64,000 nt of DNA from Candidatus Latescibacterota bacterium (GCA_965200315.1 OZ241362.1:1-64000); one strand, 5' to 3'; positions 9,180 through 19,554 are shown, counted from the stretch's first letter. Notes: generated by a model from the sequence alone, not told the origin. Numbers and translations: made by a program.

Positions 9180-10375
9180 TGTCAATGCCTCCCAATCCCT
9201 TGCTCGAAGGCCAACTGGCCGATCCGCTGTGGGAGTGCTTCCTGCACAGTTCCACCAGCGCTGTGGCTCGGGCGAGTCGGCCGGACTTCCTAGGCGACGA
9301 GCCAACGCCTCTACAATGGGTGGGAGAAGACTGGGGCCGCTTGGAGGCTGAGCGTCGCGATATTTTTGACTTGGACCAGTTGGAAGCCCAATTCGACCGC
9401 GACGTCTATTTGCGCGATGGGTACGCCGTGCTGCGGGGCATCGTGCCCCCGTCCGTCATTGAGGCTTGGACTGAGGCACTGCAGTACGGCCAACAGCGCA
9501 ACGACGCCCTTTTGCAGGCGGACTGGAGCCAAATAGATTGGCTCACCTTGGGCCGCCGCCCACCCGAGTGCCAACTGAGCGTCGAGGCCCTCGCCGGTGC
9601 CTTGGGCGGCAGCCAGCAAGCTCCGCAAAAAACCGACGCGGCCGGTGTGCTGACCCTGCGGCGGCACAGCGTTTTTACCGAGTACTTTCCATCTGGCCAC
9701 ATCCCGTTCCTCATGGACGTGCTGACTCATCCGCAGATGTTGCACCTACAGAAGCTGTGCTTGGGCACAGAGGCTGTGTATTTCGATCACAATCAGCTCC
9801 TCACCCGGCCGCCGGGGTATGCTGGCGGCGGCTGGCACAGCCACAAGATAGGTGCTGGCTACGACTGCGGTCTCGTCCGCGATTTGGCCGAGTATCAGGC
9901 CCAGCCCAATACCAACCTCACCTTGTGCTATCCCGAGGGATTTAGCGCGGCCGCCGATGGCGGCCTCAAGCTCATCCGCGGCAGTCATCTGTTCCGCGAC
10001 CCGGACAACTGCCGTGGGGCCACTGACGCTGCGATCGAAGCCGGTTGGCTCAAGGGGCGCGTCCATCCCATCACTGGGAAGCCGCTGGCCATCGAACATC
10101 TCGAACTGCCCCCCGGCTCGGTCGTCTGCTGCCTGTCGCACGGAGCACACGGCGTGGCGCCGAAGGGAGCGGATAAAGAGACCCGTTGGTGTACCCTGTA
10201 TGCGTACAAAAAAGCCGACGATCTCACCGGCTTGGTGCAGCCGCCCCACGCCGTGCCGCCGCTGTGGGCACTCAAAGCGCAGCGGGGTGAGTTGCCGCCC
10301 GTTTTAACCGAACTGATGCGCCCGAGCTTTGACCGCACCTTGACCGGAGGCCGCACCGAGCCTTATCAGAATTGA
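9176..10375 (+). CDS. PhyH-like Fe(II)/2OG dioxygenase with atypical HxH motif
   Basis: YLRDGYAVLRG, WHSH, LIRGSH, PPGSVV, distal His (HGAHG). Confidence 0.8.
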   Translation: MMSMPPNPLLEGQLADPLWECFLHSSTSAVARASRPDFLGDEPTPLQWVGEDWGRLEAERRDIFDLDQLEAQFDRDVYLRDGYAVLRGIVPPSVIEAWTEALQYGQQRNDALLQADWSQIDWLTLGRRPPECQLSVEALAGALGGSQQAPQKTDAAGVLTLRRHSVFTEYFPSGHIPFLMDVLTHPQMLHLQKLCLGTEAVYFDHNQLLTRPPGYAGGGWHSHKIGAGYDCGLVRDLAEYQAQPNTNLTLCYPEGFSAAADGGLKLIRGSHLFRDPDNCRGATDAAIEAGWLKGRVHPITGKPLAIEHLELPPGSVVCCLSHGAHGVAPKGADKETRWCTLYAYKKADDLTGLVQPPHAVPPLWALKAQRGELPPVLTELMRPSFDRTLTGGRTEPYQN

Positions 10376-10409
10376 AGCACTAATCCCACCCTTTTCGCCG
10401 AGGTTTTCG

Positions 10410-11195
10410 ATGACTCCCGAACAAGCCGTAGAAAAACGCCAACAGTTATTGCGCGATGGATTCTGCGTGGTCGATAACATTCTCAGCGACGAATTCCTAC
10501 GGGAATTGCGCGACGAGACCGAGCGCATGATGGAGGACTGGGTGCCGCCGCCCGACTTTAAGTACCAAGGCCAGCACGTCACCGCGCGCGGGGAGGACAA
10601 CGCGACCGTCCAAAAGCTGCTCGACTGGCCTCCCACGCGCCGTGCCCTCGAACAAATGGGCCTAGGCGACTTTGCCAGCACCGGCGGCATCATCCTCTTG
10701 ACCAAAGACCCCGGCGAACCGGCCCTGTATTGGCACCAAGATTGGATGCAGTGGAACGATCCCTTGAGTTGTTCGCCGTGGCCGCAGATCATTTTCGTGT
10801 CCTACTACTTGAGCGATACCGAGCCGGAAAACGGCTGTCTCAAAGTCATCCCCGGCACCCACCACAAGCGCATCCCCCTACACGACGAAATGGTGCCGGC
10901 GCACGAGCAAGGGGCGCGTTTCATAGAAGAAGACCACCCGACCATGTTCAGCGACCACCCCGAGCAAGTCGATGTCTGCGTCAAGGCTGGCGACTTGGTG
11001 TTGGCCGATGCCCGCGTACTGCACTCGGCGTACCGCAATCAGACCGACGAACGCCGCACGTTGGTGTTGGCTTGGCACCGCCGTCCAGAGACTGTTCCCG
11101 CCTATTGGACCGACGCAGTGCCAGCCATCATTGCCGAGCGCGACTCGGCAAAGGAATACCCCGGCTCGCGCATCCCGGGCGCGTTGCTTCAATAG
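10410..11195 (+). CDS. PhyH family dioxygenase
   Basis: RDGFCVV, WHQD, ENGCLKVIPGTH, KAGD, VLHSA, RR motif. Confidence 0.92.
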   Translation: MTPEQAVEKRQQLLRDGFCVVDNILSDEFLRELRDETERMMEDWVPPPDFKYQGQHVTARGEDNATVQKLLDWPPTRRALEQMGLGDFASTGGIILLTKDPGEPALYWHQDWMQWNDPLSCSPWPQIIFVSYYLSDTEPENGCLKVIPGTHHKRIPLHDEMVPAHEQGARFIEEDHPTMFSDHPEQVDVCVKAGDLVLADARVLHSAYRNQTDERRTLVLAWHRRPETVPAYWTDAVPAIIAERDSAKEYPGSRIPGALLQ

Positions 11196-11202
11196 AAATT
11201 CC

Positions 11203-11664
11203 ATGAGCGAATCCGTTAAAAGTTTTTACGACGATCTAGCTGCTGATTACCATCACATTTCTTTGCCGCATCTTTTGACGGACGAAGATTTAGCTCTTGC
11301 TCTGCGAAACATCCGGCACGTATTGACCGACAAAGGAATGTTTGTCGCCAGTATTCGAGACTACGATCGGTTGCTCGCGGAAAAACCATCGTTTATGGCT
11401 ATGAATCCCGGCGGTACAGATGAAGAAGTAATAGTGTTTCAGATTTGGGACTGGTCCAAGGAATCATATACCTATCTATTGCGGCTTTTTATAATGAATC
11501 GGGCGGCGAGTGAATGGCGCGTGAAGGAGATTAGGACTCGCTATAGGGCAATAAGACGCAATGAGCTTACTGCGGCCTTGGAGTCAGCCGGATTTGCAAA
11601 AGTTGCTTGGCATAATCCTGAGCAATCTGGCTATTTTCAACCCATTGTGACGGCACAGGCCTAA
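11203..11664 (+). pseudogene. Class I SAM methyltransferase with in-frame internal deletion (SAM-binding motif lost)
   Basis: N-terminus FYDDLAADYHHI is joined directly to SLPHLL...L..KGMFVASIRDYD; no xCGxG motif. Confidence 0.75.
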
Positions 11665-11708
11665 CAGCGAAAGCTCTCCAACTTCGACAAAGAGTTGGGA
11701 GGCGAACT

Positions 11709-12401
11709 ATGGTTGACAGATCAATTTTGCAAGAGCAAGTCGCCTATTACCGGGCGCGAGCGGCCGAGTATGACGAGTGGCATTCGCGCCAAGGGCGATA
11801 CGACCGGGGCGAAGAGCACAAATTCCAGTGGCATGCAGAATTGGATGCTGTGCGAGCGGCACTGGAGCGGGAGCGGCCGTTTGGCAAGTGTCTTGAGCTT
11901 GCTTGCGGCACGGGATTGTGGACCGCATGTCTGGCACAGGGTGCCGCTGACCTGACGGCCATAGATGCTTCTCCCGAGACGATTGCGATCAATCGCACCA
12001 AAATTGGTAGTGCTCCGGTGCAGTATGTGGTGGCGGATCTTTTCGAGTGGTGGCCGACCGAAACGTATGATTTTGTCTTTTTTGGGTTCTGGCTGTCGCA
12101 CGTTCCGACACAGCAATTCAATCGGTTATGGGAGATGATTCGCGCCGCCCTAAAGCCGGGGGGTAGCGCTTTTTTTGTCGATGGTTTGGCAACTCAAGAG
12201 GCAACCGCACGGGATCACGCTGCAATCGACGATTCTGGCGTAATGGAACGGAAGCTGAACGATGGTCGGACGTTTAACATCGTAAAAGTATTCCACGATC
12301 CGGCTCAGTTGGAACGGCAATTGCGCGATCTTGGCTGGAGCGGCTCAGTTGAGACAACCGGAGAGTTCTTTTACTACGGCTGCATGGTGCCGAACAGATG
12401 A
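11709..12401 (+). CDS. Class I SAM-dependent methyltransferase
   Basis: YYRARAAEYD, LELACGTG, FFGFWLSHVP, LKPGG. Confidence 0.92.
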   Translation: MVDRSILQEQVAYYRARAAEYDEWHSRQGRYDRGEEHKFQWHAELDAVRAALERERPFGKCLELACGTGLWTACLAQGAADLTAIDASPETIAINRTKIGSAPVQYVVADLFEWWPTETYDFVFFGFWLSHVPTQQFNRLWEMIRAALKPGGSAFFVDGLATQEATARDHAAIDDSGVMERKLNDGRTFNIVKVFHDPAQLERQLRDLGWSGSVETTGEFFYYGCMVPNR

Positions 12402-12493
12402 ATCGGTATTCTGTTGGCTACGATGCCAGAGGCGTTTGCAGCCGAAGCGTGGGGCGAGATCGTCGCTAGAAAAGCGATGCGATGTGAGTGTTT

Positions 12494-12910
12494 ATGACTA
12501 GCGAAACGATTTCCTATAGCGACACGCGAAACATTCCGCTGGAAGCCATACGGAAACTGTATGAAGCGAATGATTGGTCCGCGGCTCAAAAGCCGACTGA
12601 ACTTCGCAACGGCCTACTAAACTCACATTCGCTATGGACTGCTTGGGCTGGAGATCGCTTGATCGGATTAGGCAATGCGATCTCTGATGGTCATTTAGTC
12701 GTGTACTATTCCCATTTGCTGGTCCATCCCGACTATCAACGACTGGGAATTGGCTCGGCATTGATGAGAAGGCTCATGTCGATATATGAAGGCTTTCATC
12801 AGCATGTACTGGTTGCGGATGGCGAGGCGATCAACTTCTACAACAAGCTCGGTTTTGAACGGGCTGGTAAGACGCAGTCCATGTGGATTTACTCGGGCGA
12901 CGATCACTAA
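12494..12910 (+). CDS. GNAT family N-acetyltransferase
   Basis: LLVHPDYQRLGIGSALM, FYNKLGF. Confidence 0.92.
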   Translation: MTSETISYSDTRNIPLEAIRKLYEANDWSAAQKPTELRNGLLNSHSLWTAWAGDRLIGLGNAISDGHLVVYYSHLLVHPDYQRLGIGSALMRRLMSIYEGFHQHVLVADGEAINFYNKLGFERAGKTQSMWIYSGDDH

Positions 12911-12932
12911 TTTTCGATTCTATTGTCGCGCA

Positions 12933-13805
12933 CTATATCAGATTGCCTTCGACGTGGACGGGCCGGAAGAGCGTACGGCGCTTGGGCGGCATGGCTTCGA
13001 GTGCCTCGGGGTGGGGTTGCCACTTGTGCCATTTGCTATCGACGTAATTGTAGCGGCTGAAGATGGCGCAACGCTCGTGATGGGTGCTGCCCCACGGAGA
13101 AGCGGTGTGAGTGGTGCTCTCGGCGAAAATGAGCAGGGAGCCGGCCGGACACGTGTAGCGAGTCCAAAGGTCCGAATCGAGGCTCTGGGCTCCGGCGGGC
13201 AAAGGGAAGGCAGCCTTGTGGCTGCCATTGATGAACAGAGTGCCGCCGCCGCTGGTATCGACCTCGTTCAATTCCCACACCACACAAGTCAAGCTGCTGC
13301 GCGCCTTGCCGGGCACGCAGTGGTAGTTGTGCCCGTCGCCGGGCAGACGCCACAGGCCATTGCCGTTGTGAGGCCCAAAGCCCCCTTCGCCGGTCCGGCG
13401 CATAGCTAGGCTGGTCGATTCCATGCGAAAACCATAGCAGTCTTGGCTCGACAGGTCGGGATTGGCGAGGAATTCGTTCATAAAGCCGACGATAAAGGGG
13501 TGGTCGGTCAACTCTTCCAAGGGGCCGCCAATAGGGCTGCGCTGCGGCTCCGGCAGCGATTCAGGCTCTTGGTGCAAGCGGTGGCAAAAGGCCCGCATCT
13601 CCTCCACTTCGCCGTCGCTGAGCAGACCGGGTATCAATAGCCAACCCTGAGTGTCAAACAAGTACCTCTGTTCCGGCGTTGGATCAATTACGGGCTTGCC
13701 GGCGGCGTTGGTGCGGGGTAGGTCAACCGCGTCTATATCGACGTAGCCGACGCGGCTCTGTTGAAAGAGGAGGGGCTTGGCGGTGCTGGGATCAGGTGCG
13801 GACAT
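12933..13805 (-). CDS. PhyH family dioxygenase (HxG variant)
   Basis: FDTQGWLLIPG, PHNG, INGSHK, PAGSLLIF, distal TH. Confidence 0.85.
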   Translation of the reverse strand: MSAPDPSTAKPLLFQQSRVGYVDIDAVDLPRTNAAGKPVIDPTPEQRYLFDTQGWLLIPGLLSDGEVEEMRAFCHRLHQEPESLPEPQRSPIGGPLEELTDHPFIVGFMNEFLANPDLSSQDCYGFRMESTSLAMRRTGEGGFGPHNGNGLWRLPGDGHNYHCVPGKARSSLTCVVWELNEVDTSGGGTLFINGSHKAAFPLPAGAQSLDSDLWTRYTCPAGSLLIFAESTTHTASPWGSTHHERCAIFSRYNYVDSKWHKWQPHPEALEAMPPKRRTLFRPVHVEGNLI

Positions 13806-13956
13806 GGCTATTTCTTTCTCGCTGGTTGGTCGTAGATCTATAAGATCAGGTAGCAACATCGCTTTTCTGATCCATCAGAGCGATGAGTTGGCGCACGATA
13901 GATCACCAGTTTACGGGGAACCTGCATCGCGGTGTAACCCGCTCCAGATGGTTTTA

Positions 13957-14775
13957 TCAGCCTGCGGCAATTACTTGGCGCAAATGGGCTACGGCTAGGC
14001 GCATGCATTCCTCGTGGCTGCAACGGTTGAACTCGCCTAGTTCAAAGACTAGGCCAATCGTGCCGTTGAAATCCACCCCGCGCAGAATTTCCAACACGCG
14101 CCGGTAGTCGATAAATTCCTCAACGCCGCTGTCGATTTTGTAGATTTTGGCCCGCACGTACGTGGCAAAAGGCGCGGTTGGCTCCAGATAATCTTTGTAC
14201 AGATCGACATTCGGATCGAACTCGCCGCGCGGATGCGAGCCAATGGCCCCCAGCCACTGCCCGGTATCCAACAGGAAACTGAAATTGTCGCGCTCGCTCT
14301 CGCGCAGGATGCGCAACACTTGATCTGCGGTCATGGCGAAACTGCCGTTGTCGTGGTTTTGCAAGGCGACCATGACCCCGCGTTGGGCTGCGTAGTCGGC
14401 AAGCGCTTGGAAATCCTCGATCATCGGACTCCACAGGGCTTCTTGTTCTTCGACGGTGTCCGGCCACTTGTGGCGTGCGAAAACGCGCAGCACTTGCGCT
14501 CCTAGCAAAGCTGCGGCATCGACGTCGGCGCGGCCCTGCTCTATCCGCTTGGCCCGCTCCGCGGGCGGCCCCACAAAGCTGCCGGCTCCGGCATAGCCAA
14601 TGTTTAAGCCGCGTTTGAGGCAGAGGCTCTTGATGTGGTTGATATACTCGACGCTGCGGTCCATGCCCGACAGATGGAAATCGACGCCGTCTAGCTGCAA
14701 CTGGCGGGCCTGTTCGACGACCTGTTCAATGGTGGCAGTGGGCGTCTGGCGGGCCATTGTGCTCAATTTGATCAC
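13957..14775 (-). CDS. Sugar phosphate isomerase/epimerase (TIM barrel)
   Basis: LRVF, ALQNH, LDTG, IDY..VLEILRGVDFNGTIGLVFE. Confidence 0.88.
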   Translation of the reverse strand: MIKLSTMARQTPTATIEQVVEQARQLQLDGVDFHLSGMDRSVEYINHIKSLCLKRGLNIGYAGAGSFVGPPAERAKRIEQGRADVDAAALLGAQVLRVFARHKWPDTVEEQEALWSPMIEDFQALADYAAQRGVMVALQNHDNGSFAMTADQVLRILRESERDNFSFLLDTGQWLGAIGSHPRGEFDPNVDLYKDYLEPTAPFATYVRAKIYKIDSGVEEFIDYRRVLEILRGVDFNGTIGLVFELGEFNRCSHEECMRLAVAHLRQVIAAG

Positions 14776-14778
14776 AGC

Positions 14779-15465
14779 TTATTCCTCCTCGGGACACCAG
14801 TCCGATTTATCCTGCGGATAGTAGCCAATGGCGCGTCGTCCGTGGTCGAGATCGTAGCGCGGCCAAGTGCTGTCCGACACTCCGTACACGATCTCGTAAC
14901 GCACCCCGGGGTGTACCACGGCTTGCTCAAAAACCCGCACGGCATCGCCGTGGCTGAGATGGTGCGGGTGCTCGGGCTGATCGCGCTTGCGGTTGAAATT
15001 GCCTATGCGCACTGCGACGAACTCCAGGTCGTGCCTATGGGCATAGGAATAGCCCATGTGCTCGCCGAACAGCTTGCTGACCGTATAGTAGCCGAGTGGC
15101 TGGGGACGCAGATCAATGTGGCGCATAACGTCTTCGGGCAGGGGGCCGTGTACCCCGGCGCGACTGGCGTACGCCACCCGGCGCACTCCTTGGATGCGAG
15201 CTGCCTCCAGCATATTGTACGTGCCGATGAAATTGCTGGACAGGGCCTTTTCCCACTCGCTATCGACGCCCGTCAAATGGATGATGGCCTCCATGCCCTC
15301 GGCGGCGGCCAACAAAGCATCGCAATCGGCGACATCGCCCACCCGGTTGTCTGCTAGGTCGGGCATTTCCACGCGGTCAAAACCGCGCAATTGGTGGCGC
15401 TGCCTCATTCCCTTGACGAGCGTGGAACCGATCTGTCCGGCGGCACCGGTAATGAGTATTTTCAT
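14779..15465 (-). CDS. NAD-dependent epimerase/dehydratase (uronate dehydrogenase-like)
   Basis: ITGAAGQIG, YxxSK (YTVSKLFGE), VRIG. Confidence 0.9.
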   Translation of the reverse strand: MKILITGAAGQIGSTLVKGMRQRHQLRGFDRVEMPDLADNRVGDVADCDALLAAAEGMEAIIHLTGVDSEWEKALSSNFIGTYNMLEAARIQGVRRVAYASRAGVHGPLPEDVMRHIDLRPQPLGYYTVSKLFGEHMGYSYAHRHDLEFVAVRIGNFNRKRDQPEHPHHLSHGDAVRVFEQAVVHPGVRYEIVYGVSDSTWPRYDLDHGRRAIGYYPQDKSDWCPEEE

Positions 15466-15572
15466 GGCTTCCTCTTCTGTTGTTGCGCTATTTGACGAGC
15501 AGGCGGAGCGGGCATTTCATACACTCAAGCCCAAGCCCTTTAAACGTAAAAAAGAAGACTTTGAGACTTCTT

Positions 15573-16553
15573 ATGCAACCCATTATTCCCGAAGACATCC
15601 GTCCGGCCTATCCCGCTGTGATCTCCGCTGCGGCTGTGCGCTCGAAGCTTTTGGAATTGCTCGGCCTAGAAGAGATTCCCGCCGCGATTGACTACGCTAC
15701 AGAGCGTCAGCAAGAAGAGGATGGCCTTTGCACTATGCGAGTGAGGTACGAGAATTCGCTGGGCGAGACTGTGCCGGGAATTCTCATGGTGCCGCAGGAA
15801 GAATCGGCGCACAAACGGCCCGGTATCGTCTGCGTTCCCGGTACTGGGGGGACGGCCGACGAGATTGCTCACCCGCGCTTTTTTATGAAACAGAAGCTGA
15901 TGGGCTGGGCGCGCGAATTGGCGCGTCGGGGCTTTGCAACGCTGGCCATTTCTCCCAAAGGATGCACGACGCGGCGCAGCAGCCTCGAAGAATGGGCCAC
16001 CGAAAACAAGCTGCTAGCGCCGTACGGCCGCACGCAAATGGGCGTACTGGTCGAGGAGGCCCTCAAAGGAGCGCGGCTTTTGGCTACCACGCCGGGGGTG
16101 GATGCCAACCGGATCGGGCTGACCGGGATGTCGCTAGGCGGCAATGCAACTTGGTATGCGATGGCGTGCGCTCCGTGGATTTGGGCTGGGGTGCCTGTCT
16201 GCGGCGGGGTGGGCAGCATGGCGCGAGTAATCCACCACACTACCACCGACCGCCACAGTGCCTATTACTTTATCCCCCATCTACTGCGTCATTTCGACCA
16301 CGCCGCCATAGTCGCGGCCTGTATGCCTCCGCGTCCCTTTATGATGATTGCCCCGACCGAGGACGAAGATATGCCCCGCGAGGGCGTTGACGAGCTAATC
16401 CCGGTCGTTTCTCAGGCATACGCATACGCGAGCTGTCCAGAGCGCTTCCGGGTCCGCCAGCCAGAGGGGAACCACGCCTTCCTCGTCGAGTACTTTGAAT
16501 GGATGGCCGCCTGGTTCCGCGCTTACTCGGCGTTGGCCTCGATCAATACCTGA
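15573..16553 (+). CDS. Alpha/beta hydrolase (dienelactone hydrolase / acetyl xylan esterase-like)
   Basis: GMSLGG nucleophile elbow, DANRIG, PRP, catalytic Asp/His (DED, GNH). Confidence 0.85.
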   Translation: MQPIIPEDIRPAYPAVISAAAVRSKLLELLGLEEIPAAIDYATERQQEEDGLCTMRVRYENSLGETVPGILMVPQEESAHKRPGIVCVPGTGGTADEIAHPRFFMKQKLMGWARELARRGFATLAISPKGCTTRRSSLEEWATENKLLAPYGRTQMGVLVEEALKGARLLATTPGVDANRIGLTGMSLGGNATWYAMACAPWIWAGVPVCGGVGSMARVIHHTTTDRHSAYYFIPHLLRHFDHAAIVAACMPPRPFMMIAPTEDEDMPREGVDELIPVVSQAYAYASCPERFRVRQPEGNHAFLVEYFEWMAAWFRAYSALASINT

Positions 16554-17113
16554 ATTTTTACTTCGTCTCCGAGCACGGCGCTAAAGCGTTCCCAGCTATT
16601 GACTCCGTAATCCGAGCAGAGGATGGAAAAATTCGTTTCTAGGCCGATCTGCGCCTTGCCACTCCGCGGATTGGTGCCGGTGCCGAGGATCTCGACGGAC
16701 AGGATAGCCTCTTTGGTGGTGCCGTGCATGGTCAGCTTGCCCTTGACGCTAAGGGTGTTTTCACCCGCGCTGGTCACCTCAGTAGATTCGAAGGTGATGG
16801 TGGGGTAGGTCTCAGCTCCGAAAAAGTCGTCACTTTGCAGGTGCCCATCGCGGCGTTCGTTGCCGGTGTCGATGCTCTTGACCTGAATGGTGCCGGAGAA
16901 GCTGGAGGCTTCGGGCTTGGCGGCGTCGTAGCTGATGGTGCCGCTAAAATCCCCGAAACGGCCTTTCGTGCGGCCGACGAGGTGGCGAATGCTGAAATCG
17001 ACCGAAGAGTGCGAAGTATCGACCACATAGGTTTCCGCCAAAGTCGCCTCGGCAGTGAGAGCGAAGGTCAGGGCGGCAACCCAGGCGAAATGGAGCACGT
17101 TGGGGCGGGGCAT
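16523..17113 (-). CDS. YceI family polyisoprenoid-binding protein
   Basis: Signal peptide, DTSHSSVDF, SIDTGNERRDGHL..DFF, GKLTMHG. Confidence 0.93.
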   Translation of the reverse strand: MPRPNVLHFAWVAALTFALTAEATLAETYVVDTSHSSVDFSIRHLVGRTKGRFGDFSGTISYDAAKPEASSFSGTIQVKSIDTGNERRDGHLQSDDFFGAETYPTITFESTEVTSAGENTLSVKGKLTMHGTTKEAILSVEILGTGTNPRSGKAQIGLETNFSILCSDYGVNSWERFSAVLGDEVKIQVLIEANAE

Positions 17114-17249
17114 GGAATTCTCCTTGGCTATGGATGTGAGAATGGATCAGGCATTTTTATCTAAAGATGCCTTTAGCTATACTAAAAATCTGGTGCTGTA
17201 AAATGTGAACCCATAGCGGCCGGGGCAAGTTTCCCGGCAGGAGACGGCG

Positions 17250-18098
17250 ATGATCAATTTTTTCCGTTCATCCTTTACTTGGAAGGCCCATCCTGCAAAG
17301 CCGGACCCGTATTACAAGTGGCCCGGCGGTTTCGTCGGCGAGCACGGCGAGGTCTATCACGTGCGCTTTACCCTCGAAGCCCGTTGCGTGTTGCGCGACA
17401 GCGACGGGTCCGAGTTGGCCGAACTCTTTTTGGGCGCGCCCTGCCGCAGCGAATACACCATTGCCAGCGAAAACCTGTTCCAGCTCCCCAGCGGCGAGTG
17501 GCGGATGCCCTTCAGCCGCTCCTCGATTCCGGCGATTGCCCAGCGGCCGAGTACGGAATCTGAGGCAGTCAGCGCACGTTCGCTGGCGGATGCGTATCAG
17601 GATTACACCATAGACATTCGCTCCTATCCCGCATCCGAGGAGCTAGAGGAAGCCGACGCCATTGTGGCCTCGACCTTGGCCGGGGACGCGCAAAACGCCC
17701 GCTCGGTGTACCAAGACGCGGCGAGTGGCATTGAGGTTGAGCTCGAATATCCGATCAACATCATGAACCTCAACGCGGCCGATAGCCAATATCAGGTCTG
17801 TACCGGCCCGGTACTGCTGCCAGATCTGGCGACTTGGGATGGACGCGATGTGCAGCGGGTGTTCGTCGCCCATGCGGCCTTCTCGCGCCGCGACCGGGTG
17901 GAGTTTATTTTGCGGCGTCCGGTGCAAGCAGCACCCGAGGAACGGGCGTGGCTTGACGCGCCGCGGGGCCGCGATCGGCTGGAGTTGCTCGATACCAATA
18001 ATCCACCGCCCGGCTATCCGCCCGCCCGGCTCCAGCCGCTAGTGTACAACGAGACTTGGGATTTGACCGCGCACAACGCGGTATTGCGGGCCGATTGA
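17250..18098 (+). CDS. Hypothetical protein
   Basis: 282-aa ORF with AGGAG RBS and native codon bias; no recognised motif. Confidence 0.75.
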   Translation: MINFFRSSFTWKAHPAKPDPYYKWPGGFVGEHGEVYHVRFTLEARCVLRDSDGSELAELFLGAPCRSEYTIASENLFQLPSGEWRMPFSRSSIPAIAQRPSTESEAVSARSLADAYQDYTIDIRSYPASEELEEADAIVASTLAGDAQNARSVYQDAASGIEVELEYPINIMNLNAADSQYQVCTGPVLLPDLATWDGRDVQRVFVAHAAFSRRDRVEFILRRPVQAAPEERAWLDAPRGRDRLELLDTNNPPPGYPPARLQPLVYNETWDLTAHNAVLRAD

Positions 18099-18122
18099 TT
18101 TCGACCACAAAGGAGATTGCTC

Positions 18123-18698
18123 ATGTATCGCGCCGCAGTTATCGGCCTAGGCTGGATGGGCCTGCTCTACGATTTAGCTAGCCGGATCGGAGATCGCTTT
18201 GCAATCGACGATATCGACCGGCCCACGCCGCCGTTGGATATCCACCGCAAATTCCACCACTACGACCACCCCGGCAACGAGGGCAACCCCACCTCGTATG
18301 CCGAGGCGCTGTGGGATCGGCCCGAGGTGGAGACGGTCATCGCTGCCGACCGCGATCCCAAGCGGCTGAAAGCTTATGGCGAGCGCTATGGGATTGAGTC
18401 GCTCTACGAAGACGCCGAGGCCATGTTGCGAAAGGAGCGGCCAGATATCGTCGCGGTTTGTACCAATACCAAATATCGAGCGCATTTTACCTGTCTGGCC
18501 GTTGAGTGCGGGGCCAAGGGCATTGTCACGGAAAAGCCGATGGTACATACGCTAGAAGAAGTGGACCGGATGGTTGGGACTTGCGCCTTGGCGGGGGTGC
18601 CCCTGTGTTGCGGGGCGATTACCACGACGCATCCTTCGTTTGCGCGGGCATTACGACTGGTTTCGCTAGCAGGTGCGGGCATTAGCCTAGTCGCTTGA
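18123..18698 (+). pseudogene. Gfo/Idh/MocA oxidoreductase, N-terminal domain only (3' truncated)
   Basis: AVIGLGWMG, TEKPM; ends after HPSFARA and runs into the convergent gene. Confidence 0.75.
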
Positions 18699-19245
18699 TC
18701 TGAAAGTCCTGAAAGCGGATCCAGTGCTCGGCGTTTTCGGGGCCGTTGTAGCACTGGATGCTGACTTGATCGTCGCCGGGCGGGGGCAGCTCGCCCCGGT
18801 CTGCGGTGTGGAATTGGTCGGTGCCTTCGGGCCGGTACTGGGCTTCCCAAGAGTCGGCGGTGACAATGAGGCGCAGGCGTACGCTCTGGGTGGGCATGGG
18901 CTTGCGGCCGGGAATGATGTAGAGATCGCCGTCGATCAGTTCCTTGACTTGTTTGAAGACAGGCTCGCCGTTTTGGTACCAAGTGATGCCGGCCTGCTCG
19001 TATTGCTGGATGGGGTGGGTGTGGTTGTGCATCGTCACTTCTATGGACCAGGTCCCTTCGTTGCGATCTGGGGCCGGACGCAAAAGCGCGTTTTGCACGG
19101 TAGGAGCTACGCCCGGTTCGACGCGAATTTCCAGGCCGTCCTGCAAACGCCAAAAGCCGGGGTGTTCGCGCAGCCAGCTCCACTCGGGATCAAGGGCACC
19201 GTCGAACGTATCGGAAAAGACGAGTTCTTCGTGCGCGGTAGTCAT
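18682..19245 (-). CDS. ConA-like / DUF1349-type beta-sandwich protein
   Basis: DTFDGALDPEWSWLRE, YEQAGI, F.DFQI pattern. Confidence 0.65.
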   Translation of the reverse strand: MTTAHEELVFSDTFDGALDPEWSWLREHPGFWRLQDGLEIRVEPGVAPTVQNALLRPAPDRNEGTWSIEVTMHNHTHPIQQYEQAGITWYQNGEPVFKQVKELIDGDLYIIPGRKPMPTQSVRLRLIVTADSWEAQYRPEGTDQFHTADRGELPPPGDDQVSIQCYNGPENAEHWIRFQDFQIKRLG

Positions 19246-19554
19246 GTTTACTCCTTCGGTTTTCGTCAGTGCAGTTTAGGAAATTGAGGGCCTTAACGGG
19301 TTTATTATTTAGGGGGCCTGACGTGCGCTGTCAATAAGGTGTTATACCGATTTGCTTTTTTGGTATCCTCCTACCTGCTTGCCTGCAAGGCCGCACAGCA
19401 ACAGACCTAACAAGAGAACATCACGGCGGCAAAGGGGTGTTAGGCAATCCTTGCCCTATCTTCATGGGCGGGATACAGTATGGGGCGCAGCTTTTCCCCT
19501 AAACCTCACCACGAGGTGTCCCGCAGCAAACACGTCCCCACCAAGGAGTGGCCC

